Assembly (NCBI GenBank): GCA_000708835.1
Contig: DF237343.1
Location: 19,811 to 83,810 of the forward strand
Direction: 5' to 3'
DNA: 64,000 nucleotides
Origin: Klebsormidium nitens
Taxonomy: Eukaryota; Plantae; Klebsormidiophyceae
Part shown: positions 14,101 through 27,086 of the stretch, piece by piece
Position numbering within the stretch: the first letter of the stretch is position 1
How the letters are laid out: every line of letters begins with the position of its first letter
Position numbers and translations under genes: made by a program
Notes under the pieces: model-generated
Databases searched by the model: none
The model's input: only the letters and a program-made list of their open reading frames with translations
Told to the model about the DNA's origin: nothing

Positions 14101-16606
14101 AAACTCTTGAATAATCCCCCCAAGCCAAGAAACCACAAATCCTAGAGAGTCAGCCAGTGAGAACATATTTGAGATCCAGAGATGCGTTGTGAACACACCT
14201 GCCATGCTGTCGCAATTGTGGGCACAGCCCCCTCGTTAATCGCCCCCACGAACGACTGCGCGAGCGCCGCCAGCATGGGCCCCGTCAGCATGGCGCCCTC
14301 CATCTGCTTCGGCCGCGTCTTCTCGAAGATGAGTGACGTCAGCGCCTCCAGACCCGCCTGGAACTCGGGTCGAAGGACGCCCGGGGGAAGGGAGTCGAGG
14401 CGCTGCAGCTGCTGCTCGTCGTGCACGGGGCGCACGAGCGTGAAGCAGTCGCGGCGAGGAAAGAGTGCGCGGATGGACTCGCGGATCTGTGGAGAAGAAG
14501 AGTGATGCATCAATGGAAGAAGAAAGGTACCGGAATGAAGGGAGTCTGACAAGTTTAGAGTGAGAACAAACGCGAGCAGGTGCCGTGCGTGCAAGAAAGC
14601 GCGCAATTGCACGGTTGGATGTAGGACGGGGTGCAAGAGATGGAGTGTTTGGACAGAGAGAAAAAATAGCGGCAGGCACGAGCAGGCGACAGACTGTGAT
14701 TACATGTTGGCAAGAATTCGAAAGCACAACCTCGCACGAGCGGCCAACGTTCGTTCCTGTATGGCGGCAACTGTATGACTTCAAAGTTGGCACGCTACTC
14801 TTGATGAATTGTTCAAACATTCGTCGTCCAATTCAGAGCAACCCCGTCGATAAATGTGTTGGCTTTTTGAAACACCCAGTGCAAGATGTTCTGGGAACAT
14901 GTTTAGCTTTATTTTGTGCCTTTCAACCTTTCTTTGAGCATCCTGACCAGGAAGCCCTGCACTGATGCTTCACTCTGAGCTGGGCCCATGACCCAAACTT
15001 AAGCTAGGCTGGCTAAGTTTGCAATCTCCCCACATCGAACGTGAGCCAAATTCAGCCAGAAGATGGCTAGTGGACCCTCAAAGTTTGTTAAATTTGCCAC
15101 TCCGAACCCCTGAAAAGGCCCACCTGGTTCTTTGCATGCACAGCCTTGCTGTTCCCTGGCGTCGGCTGCAGCGCACTCTCGAGGTAGTCGCGCGGCGTGA
15201 TGGCTCGGCCATCTTCCGACAGGTCCAAGTAGAAGTCCCGCAGCAGCCACAGGAAGGAGGGGGAGAAGGGGCCAAGTTCTGCAGGATCGGCGTCCCCTCC
15301 TGCGGCCTTGACTCGGATGTGGTGCGTCATCTCCGTGACCAGCGAGAGGCGGTCCAGTGCGGCCTCATCGATACCGCCCATCTGGAAAACAGTCGGCAAG
15401 CTCAGTTTACAAATTACGGGGGACGCACTCAAGTTTGAGAATCACCCTTGTGCATAAGAAGCTGCTCCCCAGCTGATTCCCAGTCGGTGCAAAGTTGGAC
15501 GTGCGAAAAGAGTGAAGCGCCTACACATCGACCTGAACCATTCTGTGTTCCTCGTATCACTACTTCTTCCAATGTGCTTTTTGCGCCCCAATAGTTCAAA
15601 ATAAGTTCTCTGCCACCACTTCCAGATCAGATTCACCAGAACTCCGTGGTGAGTTCGAGCGTTTGACAAGTGTTTGACACGGCGTCTTGGCAACCACAAC
15701 GACAGCATTTGAAGCGAAGGAACTGGCATCAGAAACCAAGAATGAAGAGCACATAGGGCATCAGGATGGGCTGCTGCCTGACCTGGTTGTAGACGAACAT
15801 TGATGAGAGCAGCACCGCCAGGCTGAAGATCTGCACGCTGTATGTCCCCGTCTGGTCATATGCATCAATGCCCTCGCTGTCCAGCAGAACAAGGTGGTAC
15901 GTGCTCCCGTCCGCCGCAGTGCGTGCCACCGGCTGGCTCCACATCCACAGGCCCTTGGTGCATGGCCGGTGCGTAGGAGCAACGGCAAAGCCCGACGTGC
16001 GGCCCAGCAACTGGGGGGAACGGCGAAGAAGGAGGTCTGTTTTACTATACCACTGCAATAGCTCTCCTCAGAGTGGATTATCGATGACATCTCAATGGGT
16101 GCTGCACCTTGTGCCCCACGATCTGAAGAAACGCCTCCGATCGGAATAATCCTCATCATGACAACCGCCACCATTTGCCAAAGAGTAGGAAGCTTTGCCA
16201 AATCCGTTTCAGCAAGCGGAGAACACAGAACGGTTGCGAGATAAAGCTTGTCACGAGGCAAAGCGTGTCTATTCGCTCAGGTGGGCGCCAACTTGGCACC
16301 AGCATGATTCCAAGTATCATCTATTCTTCACCTCACCTGATTGAGGATGAATGATTTCCCCTGCCTCGCCCGCCCACAGACCGCCACCACTCCCACCGGG
16401 CCCTTCACCGCTTGCAGCGCTCTGATGGCAGCAGGCTCCACCACGAACTTCCCGCTGTCGTCACAGTACAGCAGGCGCAGAGGCTGTGCGACAGCAGGGG
16501 TTTGCGACGCCGGAGGCTGCTTGGCCTGCTTGCCTGGTGGCCGGTTGGGTGTCCCGGGCATCTTGCTAGGGGTGGACTGTTGCCCCCCGCGCCCCCAGCC
16601 AAACAT
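8109..16606 (-). CDS. GBPL3: Guanylate-binding protein (GBP/atlastin-type GTPase) with long coiled coil, plant GBPL3-like, 14 exons
   Basis: G1 GRARQGKS, switch CTKGLWMW, G3 LLDSEG and G4 WLLRDF are present. Exons run 16606-16337, 16010-15783, 15381-15124, 14486-14199, 13878-13654, 13154-12946, then Ala/Glu/Arg-rich coiled-coil exons, to a last exon 8293-8109 (DPIKKTVAQLKMELTAAGY...KDLVKLYQEKGLGG*). The family is certain; the GBPL3 orthology is recalled, not searched. Confidence 0.92.
9424..9520. repeat. Intronic minisatellite, about 33-bp unit x3 (GAAACGAGCTTGGTTGAGA core)
   Basis: Units start at 9424, 9457 and 9490. The first two share a 19-bp identical core and the third is degenerate. 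Confidence 0.85.
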
Positions 16607-18507
16607 GGGCTTGGGTCGGGGGTGTCCCTGCGGAGGTGATGGACAATGTTAGAGAAGAGTGCGAGTTGTGAAAGGGTTGAAGTGGAAGAAGAAGATATTG
16701 ATGCTGTTGATCTTGGCAATGCTTGTTGAAGAAAAGAGTCAGAGAGCAAGAAGCTGCAGTATGAAATAGGTGCACTAGCGACAGCGTCTGTTTGTGCTTT
16801 GGGCCATGGCTTTGACTATTGGACCACCACGCGTCCGAGCACCAAGCAAAGACTGATGTAACACATGATTGCAACAAGATCTCTTTGAAAACATCAGAGA
16901 ATCATTCACTGCATGGGAAGTTATGCAAACATGTTTGTTCTCGTAAATTTCTCCAATGTCCACTTAGTAGCACACACTTATAAAAAAAGGTGTGGGAAAG
17001 GCGCGCCATCAACAATGGTCCGTCAAATCAGTGTCTCTTCTTCACCAAAACCACGTACCTTGTCTGTTGGCAACACGAGAAAAGCCAAAGGCTCTCCGTC
17101 GAGTGCGGTGGCCACTGGACCGAGCGACCTTGAAGCAATCACACGCAGCTTTCTGTCAAGGGCCACCTTGCTTTGCAGAAACAAGACGGGTCACCGCAGA
17201 ACCTTTGCAACAAGCTCAGCCCGAGCTGTGAAGAAGGACTAGCAACTAAAGCAGCGCTTCATCTCAGTGCTCCCCGAATGTTCTGACAACCATGTTGACC
17301 GCATGCATGCAGTGATGAAGGGGTCCCTTGAGGCTCGAGTCGTGACGGGTTGCGATCGCCGATATACCAGCGGAGAGATGAGCTCAAGCCTAAGGAGAAG
17401 TTTGAATCAAAAGCGCGGGCGAAGTTGCGAGTGCCCGGTAAGGTCGTTAAAATTTAACCCATCTCCAAAGAGTTGCATCGTTTCCCCGCCCGCTCCGCAG
17501 AGTCTCTTGTCAAACCAGTCGAAACTCGCAGTTTGAGTAATACTAGACCCGATATCCAGGTCCCGGGCGGTCTACTTCCAGGCTTCAAACTTCAGAGTTC
17601 ACTGCCTTCTTCCTTCCTTCAACTTGCACCACGCCCGGGCAGAGAGTACTGCTTTGGACCTATCGTCAAACTCGATTATATATTGCCATCTGGTTTGGTC
17701 GTCCTTTCACATCCATAAGGGCTTAGCTTCAAACTGCTGGAAAATTTGAAGCGAGGAATTCCAAATAGACCTAGGTCCTATAGGTACCGCCGAGGTCCTG
17801 CCGGGTCTGCCGTACGATTTACGCGGGGCGAAATCAGGTACCTAGATACCGTCCCAGGGTACCTCAATTCAGGGTTTCGGCAATAATATTCATAATATCG
17901 CCCTGTTCTTGCCCGGGCGAGTTGGGGGCCTGTTATGCATAAGGGGTCCACCCTGTCATCCGGTCGTGCCCGGGAGTAATCGGGGACAGCCCCGCCCGGA
18001 GGCCTCAGTGGTACGTACTGGGATTGCCGTCGAAGGTGGCCGGTCCCGACTTGCAGTTACCAGAGGACGTTCCCGGTCCGATACTCTTTAGATGTCCCGG
18101 CGTGTCAAAGTCTAGCGCAATTCAGACCTCCTGCTCGTAGAGGCGCTAGCTAGCTAATGGAGAAGCCTCAACTTAACCGTCGGCCTGACTGAATCTGGTC
18201 AATGGATGTCAAAGGGGTGCGCTGCTGTGATTGGCTCGGTTCACGTGCCCCGGTCCAGATTCGTGGATCAAAGCACGCGTACGGCTGCATGTCGGTGCTT
18301 GGCGAGGAGCGATCCCCTTGCGCGCCCTCCGACCCCTTCCCAACCAATTCTCTGCCGACAAATTCAACTCTGCTCCGAGTCCTAGGATACTCTGCACTGA
18401 CTGCAGCTTCCGCTCTTGAATCTTCACTCAAGTGGTGGACACGCATAAGCGCGAGCAGAAGCCTGAGAAGGAGAGCATACCAATTTGTATCAACCCTATA
18501 AGGCGTC

Positions 18508-21500
18508 ATGGCTCTATGTGGACGATTGGAGACCTCTTCTGTGGGCAATGAGTCACATCTGCTGTCAAAGTCAGGTGCAAGTGCTTTGCGAGACTCTTTG
18601 CAACGTGCTCAATGTAGATGGGCATGGTCACCGGTACGACGCCACAGAGTGGAAAGTCTGTTCTGCTTGCGTCAGATGTACACCACCGATCATCGGGCAA
18701 ATTCTGCACATCTGGCTCCCCTAAGCAATCCAGAGATTGCGTGGCCCCAGAAACCCTCTACAACCAACGTCAACTTTTCCTATGAGTTGGGGACCAAAAT
18801 GTGGCCTGTTGCAGGCAAACGCAGTAAGCCAAGTCAGCATCAGGTGGTGGCATTTGCTGCCAGCACCTCTGGGAGAGGCTTCGACGCTCCACTTAGTGAT
18901 AGGGTCAACCCAACAAAGGAGGCACGAACTGCAAAGGAATACTTCAAGGTGCGCTTTTTTCAAAAGTGGCATTACATTGGCAGTACGCTCTATGGATGGT
19001 TCTATGGAAGCTTTTCAAGGGCTTTTGTTGAGTGCTGTGATGAACTGAGCCCTTGGTGCAAAGTGTTGAGATGGGCGACAGATCGTTCGCGTGGTTGGAT
19101 TAATTGGCTGAGTGTCTGCCACTTTGACCGAAAGGGGAATAGAATGCTTCTCAGATATACATTTTGAGACTTGCGAACGTGACAATATGGCGGTCAGATA
19201 CGACTGAGACCTTCAACAACAGGGCAGAAAAGCTGCTAGAATTGTGCTGAAGGCCCATGAACCTCACCATGAGATACTCTGCAGATGCTTGGAGACACCG
19301 TTGGAAAGATGTTGAAGGGCGTCCCTGTGTACCTCGTTGGTGACGATGGCGATGGCAACGCTGCGGTGGCGGAGGAAGTGGCCCCCGTCCTGGGGTAAGG
19401 TTGTTGCCAGGTCCTGAGCTTCTTTGTTGTTTCAGTACACCACCTAGCATCGCACGTCTGGCGTTAGTTAGCGAGGTCCTACTTGCTCCACTAAACAATC
19501 ATGCTTTCCACATCAATTCTGAGCAAAGGAATTCTTTCTTTAGAGACTTTTGAAAGCTTCATCGCCAAGGATTCTCCTGAGGTTTAAAGTGTCCATCTGC
19601 TAAGCCTCATCCTGAAACATGTGCTTTGGCTAGATCAATTTTTCTGCCGCCCGGAAGTGTGCGCCTATGGCAGCTCATAAAGCACTTCAGATGGACAGCT
19701 CTTATCTACAGAGTTTGTTTCCTCTTGACCTCATCTGGATACCTCAGGCCTGAATACATCGTCATTGAAACACCTTCCTTTTCCAAACACACAAGTGGTC
19801 AACTATGTAGGCTTGGTTAGCAGCAATCGTATTCTCCGTTCCGCTGTCCTTGTTTCAGCAACAAGTCTCTCCTCTGACAGATACGTACCTTTCCAGAGCG
19901 CCAAGCTGATCCAGCAGACCACCGGAAAGGGCCTGGCATCCATTGCGGCTGAAGAAGGGCTGGAGGGCGTTGCAGAAGCGGAGGCGTCAATAGTGCGGGA
20001 GCTGAGCACGTAAGTGATTCAGGGCAAGAAGCTTTTCGAGAGTCTCAAGTGGGTTTTAACACGCGTGCTCTTCAATTTCACTTGCTAAGAAAACTTGCAC
20101 CCCAGTACCCTGAAGTGTCCAGAATGGAAAATGGACGTATGCATTTGAGAAGCGTGGAGGTTTCTCCAAGCCTCTGAACCGAACAAAAGTGGGTGACGAT
20201 ACTCCGGCGAAGAAGCGGTGACACTGGCCTTTTGCTTTTCTCGGGGGGCTGCCTCGTCCAAATTTAGCCGTACTCGCATGCTAAATATATTTCAGAGTTT
20301 TGTAATGTAGACGCCAGCTCTTGTTTGATCCCAGTTTGAGGCCGGTTAACGCAGTAGGAAGCTCACATCCATGCTTGAACGGCTGGAATTACGGGAATTA
20401 CATCTGACGGGACACAATCGAAGTGAAGACCACGAGGGGCACAGCATCAATCGGTTCCGCTGATGAATATGGTTGGCTTTCCCTTGAACCGAAGTCGTAT
20501 GACGTAGGGTATCTGGAGTCGTTGTCGAGTGGTGGGGGACCTGTTACTACACTTCCCCTGCAGGTTCTGAGCCTTTTACACTTGGTTACTGCTTTGCCGC
20601 AGGCGATTTGTTTTACGCCGTCTTGTATATTGCCCGGACATTTACTCTGTCTGTTTGAGCTTTCTGCTTTTCAAGGCTTTCTTCCAGGTCAGCCCTTATT
20701 CGCAGCAAGGCCCTGGGTCATACCTCTCGGCCATACTTCGGTAAGGCACACCCGACAGCGAAGGGGTGTCAATTTCAAAGAACCTCCCATTGCCTAAGTC
20801 GGATTAGGAATGGGCCTTTTCTTCTCCAAAGGCCGCCAGCTTCAAACGGCAATCTCATATCATAAACTTCCCTTACTCAGAGGTGAGCAACGCATTAACC
20901 GTTGGCAATTTTTCCCGTCAGGTTCGTGCGCTGTGCAGTCGGAACAATCGGCGGCGGCCAGGGCGCCGCAGCAGATCCCGCGCGGTGGAACCACTTGCAT
21001 GGAGGGGTCAGTGTCTGGCTGGATTGTAGTTCTTCAGGTACGAACAAATCATCACCGATTGTGGAGCTGCCGCGCTGCCGTTTTGCAGTTACAAACGGGG
21101 ACCTGCCGGGCTTTGATACTTCCCCCTTCTTCTCCGTGCGCTCTATGCGTCATCGCACGAAATGAACGACGATTCTGCTGGTCGTTATTTCTCTCCAACT
21201 TTGTCGCTCGGGGCACCAAAAGGACGTGTTTGATGTTTGACTGAACGGTGACTGTTGGAGCACCTTTTGGTATAGGATTGAACCTGGACCGTACCAAAGC
21301 TTGGGTCCAGGACGTATGAAAGGTACATGAGACCGCTCAAACTCATTAGGGGCCGCAATGGCATCGAAAACGAGCTTTGGCAGCTGTCGTACCCGTTGTT
21401 AGTTCCAGGGAGGCCTTGCCTGGATTACCATAAGAAGGAGAAAAGCCCATACTTTTCACTGTGGACCGACAGACCGTTAGCTGTCTCCAAGTAGCTCAAC

Positions 21501-22637
21501 GCGAAGGTCAAGTTGAACATGTTCACTGCCTTTGCCAAAGCGGGCTTCTGGTCTCTGGTCTTTTCTTTCTGGTCTTCAAAGCCAAATTGTCTTGCACTTT
21601 ATCTCCCATGCGCTTCGGTGGTCAGACTCCTTTTATTGTATCATCAAAGTGGCATACGGCACATTCAGTGTTGGTTTCTAACGTCTGTGTCCTTTTTGCT
21701 CGTTGCAACTTGGCCGTAAATACTGCCGCAAGCCCTTGCCTGCGAAGAGTCCACGATGTCGAGCAGATATGCCTCAAGCACTCCCGGATCGAAGTGCCAC
21801 GTCAGCAGCCAATCACAGTGTCGATACCTTAGGATTTTCGAAGGTCGTTGAGGCCAGCCGCCGATCAGCATGGAGGCCCTTTCTCGTCCTGAATGATCTT
21901 TCTGTTTCGCCTTCTGTAAATTCCCGATTGTGGGCGAAACCGTTGTGCAGGTTCTAAAAGGGACGACTCCTTGAAAGGCCCGCAGCACCTCGGCTACACG
22001 AAGTGCGACATCGTTGTACGATTCAGCCTACCAGAGGGCGCCACGTGGCAGCCTACGGTCACGCGGGCCGTGTCGGAAGGCGTGCTTGAAGGGATCAAAA
22101 AGCTGCTAACAGAGAACGAGAATTATGCAGGTAAAATTGCCTCCCCTCGCTCTCGTTTTGGATTACTCAGGCGGCTTTGCGTGGCTTGCTGATGTTACTG
22201 TCATGGGGGGTTCATATGGGACCTCGGGCCAGGCTCTGACAGGATATTGGGTTGTCAAGCGAGGGTCGTTTCCGGCACTCCGATATCAGAGTGGGCGTTT
22301 TCGAGCTGGATCGCCCAGACGCTTCGAGCCGGCAGAGATTTCCCATAACTCGCACGTTTACCATTATTGCAGCCACGTTGCACAGCTACTATATTCTCTT
22401 CATAGAAATCTAGATGATGCAGTGCGCTTGGCGGCCACTTGTTGCGCTGAAGCCGACAATGAGTCTTGTGATGACAGATCCTCCCATCTTGCAGGAAAGA
22501 AGAGCTTGTATATACGTTCGGGCTGCCGGGGTGACTGGCCGGATCTAGCAGAGCCTGGGGCAGAGGTAACGCCGCAATCAGTTTCGCAAAACAGCGGTCC
22601 GGTAAAGGAGGTTTTGTTAGGTCAGCAAAATGCATAG
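18508..22637 (+). CDS. SKL2: Shikimate-kinase-like protein (SKL2 type), probably plastid-targeted, 6 exons (18508-18948, 19285-19394, 19881-20009, 20922-21037, 21951-22130, 22495-22637)
   Basis: Contains MLKGVPVYLVGDD, AEEGLEGVAEAEASIV, GGGQGAAADPARWNHLHGGVSVWL and the C-terminal GKKSLYIRSGCRGDWP motif I recall from plant SKL2. The N-terminal exon is Ser/Arg-rich and transit-peptide-like. Splice phases are consistent. Confidence 0.85.
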
Positions 22638-23887
22638 GCGACAAGGCTCAAAAGGGACGGAACGTGTTACACTCTCCTCGGTCGGCTTTCTCTAATCAGC
22701 ATACGGGTTAATATTGTGTGCTGCAATCCTATGTCACAAATCAGCTTCGATGCTGAGTTGCACGATTAAAACAGCCGGTATCATATCAGAGTGCCACATA
22801 CTCTCCAACTGATGCATTTGATATCAGTGTGTGGGGGGCGTCTTTGGGCCTATGGGTTTGTGGGTCTTTTTAGGATCTGCATCTATTCTTATAGCCGCTG
22901 TGTCTCTTTCGTCTGTGACCGCACTGCGGCGGTCCGCTGCAACATCATATGCACTGGCAGTCATGGTGATGCAGCCTTGTGTATAGTACGTATGCCACCA
23001 TGATGCGCGGCAGCCGACTAATGTTTATATGTAATCTAGATGTAGGGTCAAACGTTATAACTCGTTTGTCCAAGTTTGGCATATACCCGCGGCGTATACG
23101 TTCAACTTGAGTATCAAAAGGCCCGGCGGCATACTAATATGGAACTTATGCTGCGCAAATGCATTTCTGCCGCCGGTGAGTCCGCGGGGCGACGCATCAT
23201 GAACTCATCTAGTTTCGGACTTCGGCCGGAATTATTGGAGTGCCAACCATTTTCATACTATTGAATGCACTACGTATGCGTTAATTAAAACGCGAATTTG
23301 ACTTCACATGAATCATTGATCAGAGCCGATATATATTTGCCCGATCCTTTCAAGTTAAGGCAATCAATCATGTATGATAGCATACAAGCGCGGCACAGTA
23401 ATTTATCGGTCCTAAATTCTCCGCTAATGGCCGGGTCGACTCGGCCGCCGATCCTGGCAGTTCAATGACGGACTCGATCAGGCCAGATTTTGCGAGCAAC
23501 GGTATACTTTGAATGCGCGGCGCCTGCATGTTGATGCATGCAGTCGTATATATAACAACCTATACATTTTGTGCAATCAGGCTGCAGTCGCGTACACGCT
23601 TTTTCGGAACGATCTTAAGCTTTGAGTTCCATCAATCAGCCTAGGTAATATGTCTCAAAGGACGAGACTTGTAAACCCTGCTTGGGCCTCTTCGCAATCT
23701 GTTAACATCGGTGAAACGAAATCTTGTTTCACCGGCTACATTTATTGAGCTGTCGGCAGTTCTCCTATACATTTCGTTCCGTATACTGTACGCGCGTTTA
23801 TCGATCAGGGTTGAGACGCATTCGGCTTGTTCAATGGTAGCGTCATAACTGGAACCGTCGTCATTGGCACGTGCGTCTGTTCTGGGA

Positions 23888-24022
23888 GTGGCCTGTCTCC
23901 GTGACGTTGTGTGTGTCACTGGTTGTGACGTTGTGTGCGTGGCCCGTCTCGGTGACGTTATGTGATGTACCGTTGTGAGCCGGGCCGCTTTTCAGAGGAT
24001 GCAGATAGGTAAGGGTGACGTT
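23888..24022. repeat. Tandem array of GTGACGTT units with a 51-bp higher-order period
   Basis: GTGACGTT occurs at 23901, 23925, 23952 and 24015. GTGGCCTGTCTCCGTGACGTTGTGTG (23888) recurs as GTGGCCCGTCTCGGTGACGTTATGTG (23939). Confidence 0.85.
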
Positions 24023-24544
24023 TCCGTCAATAGCCTGCAGGGGGAGAGACTTCGTGAATCAATCTCTCGGTAACGGACTTTTTGAGGCTACCCAGAATCG
24101 ACGGCCTCGTGAACGTCAACTCGAAAAGTCAAAGCAAGAATCTGAACAGATGACATCGAAAGCATGCAAAATTTATTGAGAGCCGGAATCCCCCGCTTTT
24201 GTCCTCCTTGCGAAAGTCTTCTCCTTCGACAGTGTCTCCTAAACCAATGACAAGGAAAGTTTCACTTGCAGAACAGAATGCGAAGCGCATTGAAGGAGCA
24301 TCCTCAGCTGATTTCAGTTGCTTAGAATCAAGTTGTGGGCACTCGCAGCTATATGGTGTCTTGACCCCGGCTTTTTTATTCTTGACTAATACACGAGTTC
24401 GGCGGTCAACTGGATCGCTCCCCTGATTCAAGGTTCTTGTATAGGCGGAAACCAATCAGTTTCAGCATCAGTTTGATGCACCTCTGACTGAAAATAGTAC
24501 TGTTTTGACCTCCTATTCGTTCATGTCGAACGGTTAGTGAAGTT

Positions 24545-25582
24545 CTAGTTGCTTTGGAACGGGATAATAAAAGGGGCGTGACTTGCCTTGAAGACCTCTG
24601 CCTCGTAGGCGCGCTTGAAGTGCCTTGCTGCTACTGTCAATCGGAGCACGTAGTTGATTCCAGCTACGACTTGTGTCTTGATGAAGAGAATGTGAAACCT
24701 GAGGTCGTGGCCAGTGTGATTGAAGCCAGTATGGTTCTGGATTGCAGGACAAAAGAGTCAGTTAGGAAAGACACAATGTCTTCTGCGTGCCCATGTGTGG
24801 TAATTACGTACATTAGTCTGAGCAGATTTTGTCTCCGGCATGTCAACGAGCACAAGCCACGTCAGCCACATCAGCTGTCACCGCTTAAATTCTTTGTTTA
24901 AATCTAAACTTGAGAAGCTTTTCAGATGGGTTCCTTTATCTGAATTGAATATTGCGACGTTTCGGTCCTAGCATCCATAAATGAGGGATCCGAAGGCCAA
25001 AAAGAACGGGTTGAGAAGAAACTGTAAACCCATGCAAGGCAGGCCTATGGGAAGTGTCGACGGTCACAAGGATCATACAGCGCAGGTCCAAGAATGACCT
25101 TTGGAAAGCTGCTCCAACTGATTCAAAGAAGGTACTACTGTATATTCAAAAGGGTTAACGGAGTGTCCAACCACCTGCAACCCACGACATTGCTTCATCA
25201 TTTCGCCTTGAACAGCTTAAGAGCACAAGTGCTCCTAGCTGTCCCAAACGCCTAACACGTACTTGGCACGATGACAGGGCCTGCTCGCATGGTTTCCGAG
25301 CTTCAAGCTACCCCAAAGGGCGCTGTGTCGTTCAGCTGTGCTTACCGTCTTCAGTGCAATGGCGTCCAGCGTGAAGTTGACAATCTGCTGCACTTGGGGG
25401 TTCTCATATTCGGATCTATTGAGAGGCGCAAATCCTCCTGGTAGGAAGGTCACAGCTGGAGCCGTCCGAGTCCTGTTCAGCTTGAGGCTCCTAGCAAACT
25501 TGGCGTCGCCCTGGGGTAAGCTGGAAAAGGCGAGAACGACAGTGAAGGCCGCAAGAGCGGCGCTCATCCTGACTTGCGCCAC
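24545..25582 (-). CDS. Secreted cystatin (cysteine protease inhibitor), exons 25582-25346 and 24736-24587/24545; 3' end uncertain
   Basis: Signal peptide MAQVRMSAALAAFTVVLAFSSLPQGDA, N-terminal PGG followed by a helix (NPQVQQIVNFTL), and exon 2 with the QxVxG motif TQVVAGINYVLRL. Exon 2 is not in the ORF track. Confidence 0.85.
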
Positions 25583-27086
25583 AGATGGAGGCTGCAGCTG
25601 TGCTCATAGTTCGAGGGACGTGGCGTTCAATATGTAGTCGCTCAAAGAAGCAGTCAAGCAGCATGTCCCGCTAAGAAGCACCGGCACTGACTAGCATGCA
25701 AAGTGCTTTGGGGGCTCCGATCAGCTGGTTCTTATGCGTATGCCTGGCAGCTGCTCTGGCCAGCTTGTGACCGCTGGTTTCAGCGTTGATACAGTGCAAC
25801 TGCAGCTTTGTCGATTAGGTCAAGGTGTTGCACAAAGACATATGCCCCCCATATGCCTATTGCTCATTGATCATTGACAAGCACCGTGAGTACTCTTCGG
25901 AGGTCTCAGGGATGTCAGAATCATGTCCAAACCCCACTCCCAAAGGAGCTTGCCTTACTTCGTTGGTCCTTTATTTTTGTAGCAAGCCATGGACGAAGGT
26001 TTGGAACTGCCATTTGTCAAGGTCTGGCAGGCTCATTGCAGTGGCCGGATACAGTAGCATCGTTACATCGTTGTACTCTTGGCAGCAAGTTAAAATTGCA
26101 GATCACGTACGAGATCACGCCCTAATGCAGCCTGGTGTCTAACTTAAGCAAGCCTTTCAATCCAGAAGTAGGTCGGAATTTCGTCCGTGTCCTTACTGAG
26201 TCTAGTACAAGGTTGGACTTCTGTATGGAAGTCACTGCAGGTGTGAATGTGTGAATGTGTCACTGTTCAAGACGTTGGATGCTCACGAGGAGCTGTCGGA
26301 TACGCTCCTCAACTCAATTACAGTGCAGTACGACGAAAGCGAAGGCAGTGGGGGCACTGGCAGAGGGCAGCGCTAGCGAAGCCTTAACAATATAAGTACT
26401 GTACAACCTACCTCGCTAGCTGGATGGAGCGAGTCCGGTTGCGCACTGCAGGAACGGGAACTTCGGCCGGCAACCACCCCTGCCACCGTAGGAACCAGAT
26501 CCGTCCGCTCTTCTATGGAATGATGCACGCCGTTCGTGGGAGCATGTGTTTATAAGTGGCGCGCGCGGAGAATCAAAGTGGCTTGCAATGGTGGATCCAG
26601 ACTCCCGAGGCCCAGGGCCAGAGGTAGCTTCAATGGACACTCCGGCCAATCAGAAGGAGGTACATACATTATTGTGCCACTCCGGCCTCCTCCACAACGA
26701 CTATTCGAAGGTTTGAAATCAAGCCGCGACAGATGTGCCAGACTTAAGTAGAGAATGAACCCTGCTGCAAGAGACTTGCCCTTCAATAATTCAAGGTGTG
26801 CGACACGGTCAGCTGTAGAGGCTGCAATCTACTGGCCAGCTGGGGGGCGGGACTTATGTATGGGTCTCGGGACCCGGGTCTTGTGCTTCTCAGCATTCCC
26901 TTTTCTGCTGACCCGCCGTGCAACGTAACAGGTGCAACTTTTAAAACCTTTTGACCTGAAGCAACAGTCTGCAGCTCCCCTGCAGCTTGGGAGCATTGCT
27001 AACTTGTTCCTTCGGGAGTTGCGTTAGGAATGAGCATCAGACATCCTTGATCGTCTTCCACGTAGCTGGCAGCCTCTTCATTAATC

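Noticed and set aside
17750-18170. GGTACC/CCCGGG-rich block, compared with the CCCGGG-rich block at 59020-59290 as a possible MITE family
   Set aside because: I could not find terminal inverted repeats, TSDs or alignable similarity between the two.
24554-24901. 115-aa Cys-rich plus-strand ORF (possible zinc finger)
   Set aside because: Antisense shadow of cystatin exon 2.
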